Origin: Perkinsus olseni
Lineage: Eukaryota
Reading direction: 5' to 3'
Assembly: GCA_013115125.1 (NCBI GenBank)
Contig: JABANN010000171.1
Coordinates: forward strand, 1 to 57,814
Length of the DNA: 57,814 nucleotides
Below the pieces are notes generated by a model, which saw only the letters and a list, made by a program, of their open reading frames with translations, searched no databases and was not told where the DNA came from. This document shows, piece by piece, positions 1 to 9,345 of this stretch (positions are counted from its first letter, which is position 1; every line of letters begins with the position of its first letter). Both the position numbers and the translations under genes were made by a program.

Positions 1-20
1 TGTCACTTGTGATAAGTCTG

Positions 21-656
21 TTACGGTTTACTTATCGCTAAGCAAGTCACGCGTCTAAGTTCATTCACGCGCACCGTTCCGGGCTCCAATACCGCCACAA
101 GCACGTCAGAAAACATCGTATGGCGTCCACTTACGCCGAAGAAAACATGGTTTCCAACAGCTGCCATTGCGTTTAACATGCCGCTGGTCGTTGAAGTGCT
201 GTCAAGACCCGTCGTGTACCATTCGCCCAGCAAACTCCTTCCTTGGAGGTCGTATACCAAAATCTTGCTGTCCCACCCTGTGTCATGGTAGGCACCATGA
301 AAGATGACGAGCCGATCTCCAGGGTCGTCGTGGTAGGCCCTTTGGATATGCCGGCCTTGTGGTGCTATCACATGAGGGTCAGAGAGTGAAGGCAGGGTGT
401 TGAGCACAAGATTTTCCTTCTCCTCGAAGACACCTTTGAGCACGCCCTCGTGGAAAAAGATGAACGAAGGTGCTTTAGGCAGCTCAACTTCCTCTGAGCA
501 GAAGGCCAGCGAGTTGGAGACATCATCTAGGAAGGCTGTGATCTCCATCAGGACGTCGGCAACCAAGTCGCAGGACGCATGCTCCTTCCACATGCCGGAT
601 ACATACTGGCACCGCATGGCCACTATACTGCGCAGAGGAGGTACGCTGATATGCAT
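21..656 (-). CDS. Hypothetical protein, single ORF, possible degenerate F-box-like N-terminus
   Basis: 211-aa ORF; DLVADVLMEITAFL loosely resembles an F-box helix and is followed by beta-rich sequence; no confident family. Confidence 0.45.
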   Translation of the reverse strand: MHISVPPLRSIVAMRCQYVSGMWKEHASCDLVADVLMEITAFLDDVSNSLAFCSEEVELPKAPSFIFFHEGVLKGVFEEKENLVLNTLPSLSDPHVIAPQGRHIQRAYHDDPGDRLVIFHGAYHDTGWDSKILVYDLQGRSLLGEWYTTGLDSTSTTSGMLNAMAAVGNHVFFGVSGRHTMFSDVLVAVLEPGTVRVNELRRVTCLAISKP

Positions 657-1503
657 GGGGGATCAATGCAACCTAATAGTGGCGGTGAGTCGAGTCGAAT
701 GATCTCAGACTGTGATTCACAATCCAGAAGCGTTGCGGCTATAGTGCTGCACGTGATGCCTGCTAAGCAGTGCCTGGCACTGAGGACCAGACCCTCTTCG
801 ATGTCCTCGCCGCTGAGGACACACACCCTTCGTGTGTGTATTGATATCCTCCACTGTTAGACGGGATACGGCTCATTCTCCCTGGAGCAGATTCTGTTAG
901 GCGGACACATAGCTGACCACGTATAGAATGGTTGACGGAATGATGAACCTTGAAATGTGATGCCCACGTGTGCCTGCGTACACATTCGCACGCAAGCACA
1001 AGGTATCGACAACACAGGCAGGACCTCTTTATCATGATGGGTCGACGAGCGCGATAAATGCTGAGTCACGGGCGCGCGCGTTTAGGGGCCCCGGAACTTC
1101 TCGGCGTCGCCGTCATCATCATCGCCTTTACAGATTACCAATGGTCATTAACCATCTCTAGCTTCATGCTCACGACTGCATACGTTCTATCACCAGTGTC
1201 TGAAACTCGGCTAACGGAATATCAGTTGGCGCATTTTAACGCCGGACCATGGTCGTGTTACGCGTGGTGTCCTTCGGAATTAGCATTGGCACGGCTCAAG
1301 TCGTCACAGAACTTCCCGGCGAATTCAGTTATTTATTTCAGTCAAGTCATTCCTGCTTCTCTAGTTGAGCCAAAGGCGAGGAAGGGGGGCAGGCATACTA
1401 CAGGTAAGCTAGAAACACGACCGGTACGTCCAGCGCTCCGCCTCGTTAGATCGGGCAGATCCCGAGGTCAGCGCTAGCCTAGTAAGCGCCCTTGGCCTGC
1501 ACC

Positions 1504-3858
1504 ATGACATCCATCACAGATCATCGGATCGCCATGGAGGAGAGGTAGTAATGGAGGGTCCCAGGGTGGAATTACGGATGGACATGCCAGGGAGCCTCTC
1601 TGTCGGACAAGATGAGCCTATGGCTCGGCAGCAAGTGCGAGACCTACTCCATTAGCGTATGCATGCTATGCCTCGGGCTCATGTACGCACTACCTTACGC
1701 CGTGTCTCGAGGTACGGAAGCTGTTCAGGTACTCGGTTCATAACTTGGTCGCTCCGAACATGACATCCATGGCCAAGATGTTCCATTTCAATGCCGTTGA
1801 ACGCGACGAGTAGGCTGCTAGGATACGCTGTACTGTCGTTAGCTGTCATGTAGGTACCTCGGTGGCGAGCTCACTTTGGTGTTCTACGCCCCTGGTATGT
1901 TCGTAGCCCTCCTAGTGGGCCTACTGTCTGCTGTTGTCCCGCGGAAAACACTGCTCACCGCAGTGGTCGCCCTCACAGCCCTGGCAACCATGACCACTTT
2001 TTTCGCCGGTAGATCGTCTTTAGCGTCCGCATGGCGAAGAGTACAATGTGTAGGTACATTTCGTTCCCTCCTGTGGGCTCGAGCCATAGCTGGACTGGGT
2101 ATTGGTGGTGCTTTGCCTGTCGCGTATTCCATGGTTGGCGACTGGTAATGATGCCCCATTTCTCTTCCTCCTCGTTGCTGCAGCATCCGCCCTCCAGGTT
2201 CCCTCCTGACCAGCGAGCGGTCGCGTCTGCAATGATCACCGCAGCCTGTGGGGGGGGCGTGTTCTTGGGGCAAGTAGCTGCAGCATACATAGGGAAGGTA
2301 GTCGTGGTGATGGTTGCCGGGTCCTTCCATATGTTTCTCAGACCATCGACTGGCGCTGGGCTTTCCTCTTGATTCCAATACCAGCCCTCGCAGGAGCGGT
2401 ACTCTGCCAGGTGGGGATCACTGGGTTTACGTGTGAGGTCACCAGGGCACCCCTTAGTGCACACTGATCGAGCCTGAAAGGGGAGCCATGGATGGAGCAG
2501 ACCCTGTTACTGCGGACGATGAGACTGTGGTCGGTGATTGGTACAGTCATTTACATGCTGATTACCTCGTGCAGACACTCATCAGCCGGGGGCCTGAGCC
2601 TTCAGAGTCTGCCGCTCTATCGACAGTCGACACGGAAGGCCCGGCTTTATCTTATAGAGGGGAGGGGCAGTCCAGCCGATCTGCATGGTTTGCTGATAAC
2701 GTGGAGCAACTCAAGCAGGCTTCCTATTCCCGTAACACGATGCCCGTCTTGTTGCCTCTCTCGAGCCCGCTCGATACCAGGTACGAATCTCCTGGTACTG
2801 CTGCAAGCCTTCCCCGGCGGCATACCATGGGGAATCATCATCGTTTACCTTCATGACTTCCTAGTACAAGTGAGTCGATGTTTCAAGCACTGCTACAGCG
2901 GAAGATGCCTTCCAGGACATGGGCTTCTCGATTGAGCTGGCACTTTTCGCCTCGGCCACGATGGGGCTCGCCGGATTCTGTGGGGTCCTCATCGGTGGAT
3001 TTATAGGCGAAAAGCTCTACCGAGCGGACCCGCGGTAGTACCGGGTTCGGGTAACCGCTGCACACGATCGTGGCAGATACTGTGCTTTGTTCTGCTCGGT
3101 CATGTCGTTGCTGAGGGTTATTCCTTTCTTCGCTGTCTTCGGGTGGACCTCCCTCTACAAGGAAGGGCCCAACGAGGTCGACCAGCTGGCAGCTGCAGCT
3201 GTGGGGAAGGCCATGGATGCGGTAGTTGGTCCTTTGCGAGCTCGTTCGCCGAGAGCTGTCTATTCAGGTTGGTGAAACACAAGCCCACATAGTATCCACA
3301 GAGATGTTGCATCTGTCCTTCTTCGGGACACTCTTCATCGGTGGAGTCATTGCTACCACCCCAGCAGCCAACCTAGGTGCCATTCTGTTGAATGTCAATC
3401 CGCCACAGCATCGAGGTGGTGCAGGGGTATGGTGCCAGATCCGTCTCACCTACGAGTGTCAGGTACGGTATTTGCAGTGTATAGCGTGCTTGATGACCTC
3501 TCCAAAGGCGTGGGAACGCTGTTCGTTTCGTTACTGGTAAGAGTAGCGGACCTGACGTTACCTCATGCTGGGACTCTTGTCTCCGCCAGATACCCTATAC
3601 AGGAGGTCGGGCAGTAGCGTACCAGTTCACTCTCGTTGTGTGGTTGGTGTGCGGCCTTCTCCTGATACCAGTGGTCAACAGCCTGCAAGAAGACGAGCTA
3701 TACATGCAACGGACTTTGCGGGAGCAGCAGCATAGGAAAAGGGTAGTCCGTTCAGCAACCTCTCCCATGACAGCCCATCTACTCCGTACAAGGTCAACGA
3801 CATGAGATCAGAAGCTAGCCACCGCATACTCTCCACAACAGCCAAGGCAGCATCGCTA
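1504..3858 (+). CDS. Major facilitator superfamily transporter (Spinster-like), multi-exon; ends approximate
   Basis: Spliced reading gives LCLGLMYSVHNLVAPNMTSMAKMFHFNAVERDEYLGGELTLVFYAPG, ARAIAGLGIGGALPVAYSMVGDW/FPPDQRAVASA, QAFPGGIPWGII, AILLNVNPPQHRG; short GT-AG introns between segments. Confidence 0.85.
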
Positions 3859-4178
3859 GTTTTGCATCGGAGACCGGCCAGTAGCCCTTCGTGACTCTAC
3901 GATTCCCAGGAGTGACATGTTATCAGAGAATGATGTCCGGTCTTTACATCACTGTCGTGTTTACCCGTCGTCCTCGTCAACTCTTGCTGGGGAATATATC
4001 GTCTTCGATTCGTGTCGTGAGTGAGGGCTGATCTTCGTCCGCTCCAGAGCTGACGCCGTCGCTGTTGTGCACAGCAATGCTTTTCGGGTTGGCCCGTGAG
4101 CATCATTGGTTGTGTGGCAGCTGTCTCCCTCGTGATACCAATGATCCGAACGCACCTGACCTTCAGTTTTTTTGGCAA

Positions 4179-6134
4179 ATGGGAGCGTGCACATCGTGCT
4201 TTGAAACACCTACAACTGCCGTGCCTCCGCCAGCAGCGCCACCAGTACAAGTCGTATACAATGTCCAGAAGGAGAATGAAGAGAGCCCGGATGTCACGGT
4301 CTATCACGACACTCTACAGCTGCCGGTCAGCCCGACTACGGTGATGGCTAGCCAGCCGTGTACGGTGACTACCGTGACAACTGAGACTGTGGAGTATCCA
4401 GGCCAGGTTGACGAGATTGTTGTGGAGGATTCTGATGGTGAAGACGTCCCCGATATTGAGGAGGTCTCTGTAGAATCCATCACCTCTGAGGGCGACCATG
4501 AGTCTAGCGGTGACGTTGAAATCACTAGTACGGCCTTCGAGCCCTCGGTTCTACCTGACGAGGTTGATGCTACTGTCGGTGATGATCATGACGGGCGTCC
4601 TGGTCATGATGATGAGGTTGCACCACTCAACAACCCCGTACCTGTCGAGCTCCTCCGCACTGCTGCGGCTTTGAAGGCTGATCAGAATGAGCCGGAACAG
4701 CCGCCACCGCCAACCGCTCATGCTCTGACCGCTGAAGGAGCCTCCTTCGCTCTAGCCGCTTGCTCTGGTATCTCGGCATCCTCTATTGGGAGCCCTGACG
4801 GGTCGGGGGAAGGGTCGCCGGCGGTACCCGCAGTCGCACAGACTATGATGAGTACGACGTCGGGCCTTCAACCCGGGGAGAGCGGTCCTGTGTATCAACC
4901 AGCGGCTTCAGAAGAGGCACCTGTGGCTCAGGGCACACTGGAGCCAGTAGATGCTGGTGTCCTTGGGCAACGCCCACTAGGTCTAGCGGAGGTGTCGGCG
5001 GAATTTGACATTGGTTTGGTACAGCAGCTTCCCCCTCAAACTGATATCGAGGAGGCCGAGGAGGTCACCACTGGTGAGGTTGCTGTTCAAGACGATGTAA
5101 CCGAAGAAACCACGGTTGTTGTTGACGAGGTCGTAGAGACTTCTTCTTCTGCTGCTCTCACTGAGAGGCATTTGCCTTACCTGTACGATACGCAGCCGAG
5201 CCCACCTACTGATAGGAAGTTTCCTTACCTCTACGATCATCCTCAGCTGGGTGCTGATCGAACCGACGGGGAAGCTGCCGTCTCCACTGCTTCGAGGCAG
5301 TTCCCTTACTTGTATGATCATCCCGTCGTTGAGGACAACACCACTGGCGCAGAGGCTTCCTCCGCTGTCACTACGAGGCAGTTCCCTTACTTGTATGATC
5401 ATCCCGTCGTTGAGGACAACACTTCTGACGCTGAGGCTTCGTCCGCTGTCACCTCGAGGAAGTTCCCGTATCTTTATGATCGCCCTCAGTTGCGGGGCGC
5501 TGTAGCTGGATCATCTGAGGGCTCCGCTTCGGCCGGTACTCGGAAATTCCCCTATCTATACGACTCCCCTCTTGGGGTCGCTCCCTTTGTGCAAGCACCT
5601 GTGACTAGCACTTCGACGGGCAGCGCGAATTGTGGTGAAGCAACAGGGAACGGCGATGAGAAGAAGGTGCAACGAGAGTCTATGCCGGCTGTCACAGCAT
5701 CAAAGTTCCCTTACATGTACGACAAGCACTCAATGGCGGATGCCGGGGTCATCAGCGGTTCGTCGTCATCCACAGCGGCTCTTCCAAGCAGCGGTACTGG
5801 TGGCGATAGTCGTGAGGCGGTCAGCGCTGGCCACGGTGAATCGACTGCTGCTACTACTGGCAATGGTCCGGTTGAGGGCAGGGCTTTTCCTTACTTGTAT
5901 GACAAGCATTCCGAGGCTTCCCGAGAAGGGTTTGGACAGCAGCCAACTGAGGGAAGCGCAACAGCAGGGTCCATCGAAGAGCATTCTACTGATAGGAGGT
6001 TCCCTTACCTATATACTGCAGCCAGTTCCGATGCGGGCTCCGGTAGTGTTGCCACCACTGCGACGACGGCAACTACCACGAAAACACAGGCCCCGAGGGT
6101 TACTGGGGTCACCAGTCCTGAGGTGCGAGAGTAG
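4179..6134 (+). CDS. Acidic low-complexity protein with MGAC-type dual acylation motif and 9 [FL]PY[LM]Y repeats
   Basis: Long uninterrupted ORF (4065-6134); ATG at 4179 gives MGACTSC; motif counted 9 times in the translation. Confidence 0.75.
   Translation: MGACTSCFETPTTAVPPPAAPPVQVVYNVQKENEESPDVTVYHDTLQLPVSPTTVMASQPCTVTTVTTETVEYPGQVDEIVVEDSDGEDVPDIEEVSVESITSEGDHESSGDVEITSTAFEPSVLPDEVDATVGDDHDGRPGHDDEVAPLNNPVPVELLRTAAALKADQNEPEQPPPPTAHALTAEGASFALAACSGISASSIGSPDGSGEGSPAVPAVAQTMMSTTSGLQPGESGPVYQPAASEEAPVAQGTLEPVDAGVLGQRPLGLAEVSAEFDIGLVQQLPPQTDIEEAEEVTTGEVAVQDDVTEETTVVVDEVVETSSSAALTERHLPYLYDTQPSPPTDRKFPYLYDHPQLGADRTDGEAAVSTASRQFPYLYDHPVVEDNTTGAEASSAVTTRQFPYLYDHPVVEDNTSDAEASSAVTSRKFPYLYDRPQLRGAVAGSSEGSASAGTRKFPYLYDSPLGVAPFVQAPVTSTSTGSANCGEATGNGDEKKVQRESMPAVTASKFPYMYDKHSMADAGVISGSSSSTAALPSSGTGGDSREAVSAGHGESTAATTGNGPVEGRAFPYLYDKHSEASREGFGQQPTEGSATAGSIEEHSTDRRFPYLYTAASSDAGSGSVATTATTATTTKTQAPRVTGVTSPEVRE
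5281..5470 (+). repeat. 81-bp coding tandem repeat (27-aa unit RQFPYLYDHPVVEDNTxxAEASSAVTx), about 2.3 copies
   Basis: CGAGGCAGTTCCCTTACTTGTATGATCATCCCGTCGTTGAGGACAACAC occurs at 5293 and 5374. Confidence 0.9.
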
Positions 6135-6456
6135 CTCAGGCTACGACCATATTTTAAGGCTGGACGCTAGCTACATTTCCATCAAACCAGATTTTTTCCT
6201 CAACACCCTATGTCTATTTTGGTGGAGCGCGGAAGCTCCATCATTGTATAATCATTAGTATATCTCGTCCACGAGTGAGTAGTACTTCTACTAGCAGTTT
6301 TTCGTTACAGATACTCTGAGTTTCATGAGACAAGTTGTTGCGTTTTCATTCCTGAGCCTTCTAGCGGACGGGATGTGTCTGAGGTATCTTCATCATAGTC
6401 ATGGCCTCCGCTACACTGATTCTCTTGTCAGACGTTGTTGACTTTTCCACGTCCCA

Positions 6457-6738
6457 ATGGGTTGCAACTCTTCTACTGTATCCGAGCCAGTGGCCGCTCC
6501 GGAGGCTTCTGAGCAGGTTGTTGCCACTGGATCGGAGGGTGGTCCAAAGGTTGAGAATGATGTCGCTATGGCGAGCAACGTCACTACCGGCAAACCGTCT
6601 GTTAGTAATGATGAGTTCCCCTACCTGTACGGCTCCATGCAGGATAAGATCTCCGGAGAGTCTAGTCAAGAAGCGACTTCTAAATCTTTCCCCTACATTT
6701 ACCCAGAGGCCTCTGGTAGCACGGAGCCTCAGAATTGA
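6457..6738 (+). CDS. Small protein with MGCNSS dual acylation motif and two FPY[LI]Y motifs
   Basis: 93-aa ORF; EFPYLYG and SFPYIYP share the motif of the upstream gene. Confidence 0.6.
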   Translation: MGCNSSTVSEPVAAPEASEQVVATGSEGGPKVENDVAMASNVTTGKPSVSNDEFPYLYGSMQDKISGESSQEATSKSFPYIYPEASGSTEPQN

Positions 6739-7184
6739 GGATTGTTTATCGAGGGCGTTTATGATGGGATAGGTAGACATTTTTGGTAGACACTTTTTCC
6801 CCGGTATATTAGAGTGGTTGTGGATGCCGCCCCTGCTGCCTGGGCGGTCACATAAGTCCCAGCAAGACGAGAAGTATAAGGCGTCTTTCCGGCGCACTGG
6901 GTACATTATTGTTGAACAGCAGAGACTCTCTGCCAGAGAGGATACTATATTTACGAAGCTGAGTGTTATGTTTCTAGTGAACAAAACCAGTCGTGTGGGA
7001 GCCATGTATCCTGCAAGCTAGTATGATCAGTGCAGTTCAAAGCCGTGCGATTATCGCACTGCGATATCGGCCTTGCTCTTCGACACTGGCGGTTAATTCC
7101 CTGAGAGCAGCGTCAAATGCTCTCGCGTAAAACGGCGACGGTGGGTAACGTTTGTTCGGAGATTTGTGGTTATTTCGATGATAC

Positions 7185-7450
7185 CAGCACTACAGGAGCG
7201 TGAGCTAATTTTCTGCTTGTCGAATGGCGAGGATCGCGTTCGACAGTCGAACTTCGACTATGTACTAGAAGACGCTCCTTGGCTCGCCGTGAAGGGAAGG
7301 TGCCAGTTTTACCGAGGACTGTTAGCGAGATGCACTTCCGTACTCTCTTAGGTGCCAACGGCCGCCGGTGACCGGCGGTAGGCGTGTCCTGTTTCGTAGC
7401 AGCTATCACGGCGAAAAGTGGAGTAGTGGAAGAAAATACCCTGATCTACT
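7185..7450 (+). pseudogene. Truncated, frameshifted copy of the 5' end of the gene starting at 10223
   Basis: Aligns to ~10184-10422 (MARIAFDYVLEDAPWLAVK vs MERIVYDDVLEDIPVLVVK; VSCFVAAITA shared); two 14-nt insertions; GCAAGG donor changed to GGAAGG. Confidence 0.8.
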
Positions 7451-8249
7451 TGCGATAAGGCTGTGATCAGCCGTATCATGCTTGGTACCATCAACGAACT
7501 TGCCTAGGACCCCTCAATAATAGTATTTTTATGATACTCCTCTCAACGGAATGGTTCCTATACAGGGTCAATCAGTCGGCATCTGTTGGGTCATCTGTGA
7601 TAGGTTGCCAGTACGGTCGCAGGAACTTAGCCTAACATTTGTAAGCGGGAAATAAGACCTGATACTCCACCCAGGACTTGACACTCAGGAAATTAGCGGG
7701 AAGTTAGGACCGGGACTGACACTCCACCCAAATCTGGATACTAGACAGTGGCAATGCCGCATTGCCTTAAAGGGATGTCCAGCCGTCGGCGCCTGAGGGA
7801 GCACTCCTGAGTCTGTAAGGGCAACCAATGGGACCTTAGTCATTGACGAGGTATCGTCAATGACATGGGGGAGTTGATCTTCGCAACTCAGGGTGGCCTA
7901 GCTGATGGGGAGCCAGCCTCAGGAAGTGGCTAGGAGCCACCGGACGATCGGACGCCTGATGGCTGATCGGACGCCATCACCCATGTCTCAGGACGCACAT
8001 CTATCTAAACTAGTAGTGAATCCTTCCATTGACCCGGCCTTTAAGGGTGTCCAGATCATCACCCCTGTCTCACTCCATCAAGTAATCAGATAGATCATCA
8101 GGAGCATATTTCTTTACCTCATGTGGGAGTCCCACATCGGTGATCAGCGGAGAACGGTGATATTGTCACACAGTGGGACAATATCACCGTTCTCCGCTAG
8201 GGTGACCCTAGCGAAGAACGGTGATATTGACCCTAGTAGGGTCATAACT

Positions 8250-8535
8250 CTAGGGGTCATGAACTCTAGGATCATACTTCACGAACCAGCCTTGATCCTT
8301 CCATGTCTGGATCTCAGCCTCGTAACCTTTGCGCTCTTCCACAGTCGACAACTTCGTATACTCTCCAACATCGGGAACAATCCTATCTGATGGTGACACA
8401 CCTCCTCTCCATTTCCATTGGAAGAACCAGGAACCACGAGACGGGTCGAAGCTCGACCGTCGAACTCAACGACGAAACCAGAGGGCGAACAGAACCAAAC
8501 CACCGTGACTACCTGTCCCTTCTTCCACGTTAACA
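8250..8535 (-). mobile_element. LTR-retrotransposon pol fragment (region leading into reverse transcriptase), decayed
   Basis: Removing the 14-nt scar gives FVVEFDPSRGSWFFQWKWRGGVSPSDRIVPDVGEYTKLSTVEERKGYEAEIQTWKDQGWFVKYDPRVH, resembling from memory the WxWxW...ExxxWxxxGW segment upstream of RT in a Ty3/gypsy-like group. Confidence 0.6.
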
Positions 8536-9129
8536 TGTCGTGCCAGTTGAGTCGATAAGAAGGGACTCTCAGAGCGCCCTTGTTGTCTCTGAGGGTTTTA
8601 GTCAAGTGGAAGAGGCAACGAGCGGAGTTATAATTTAACACTCAGATAGCATTCAAGTTTGGGTTTACGCTATCATCCCTCGACGAGGGATGAGCTCGGG
8701 CTCGGGTTTTGGGGTGGTGGTTTAATCCATTCACGGATTGCTCGGATCTCAGATCCGACAAGCTCGTTACAAGCAGATCCGGGATCTGCTTGTAACACAA
8801 ATATCTTTAGTTTTCTGCCTTTCTTACCTTGTGACTGTTGAGGTGCATCCAATGGAACGGCTGTGGTTCCTGAATGTTGAAGACTACCAGCCAACGAGCC
8901 GCCTCTCCAATCCTATTCAGTCAGGCTCTTTGGTTGGGGAACATTAAGCGGTTGGCTAGCCACACTCCGAACGGGTTGTGATTATCCAGCTTGGATAGTC
9001 CAGGAACTGAGATCAACAGGTGTATACACTTGATGCGGCTTGTTGGCATCCCTTAAGGATCTGAGTCCGGCCGCTGCAGTCGCTCCCGCCGTCGGAATGC
9101 TCAGTATCTGGGAGTCTGACAATCGAAGC

Positions 9130-9345
9130 TTGTTCTTGGTCGGTGGTCGTTGTTGGTAGTGTGTGGCTGGCCTCAAGGTCCTCTGCACATCAGCCTGATT
9201 AGCGGGTTTGGGAGTTCGGATGTACCAACAGAACACGCCGAACAACCCGAACACGACGTATTTGGGAGGACCTCGCGCCATGCTTCGAGAGCACCTTGAT
9301 GGGCGTCGTGAGCACAGAGGTTCACGATACTCTGAATTGTAGTCT
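9130..9345 (-). mobile_element. Possible decayed integrase H2C2 zinc-binding fragment
   Basis: IVNLCAHDAHQGAL, then after a frameshift SMAR...W...ADVQRTLRPATHYQQ, loosely matching H-x-AHQG...W...DV...CxxCQ. Confidence 0.3.

Noticed and set aside
932-1068. Possible C/D snoRNA (ATGATGA...CTGA with a 4-bp terminal stem)
   Set aside because: Short motifs expected by chance, and no rRNA-complementary guide recognised
5281-5470. 81-bp repeat as a CRISPR-like array
   Set aside because: In-frame coding repeat without unique spacers
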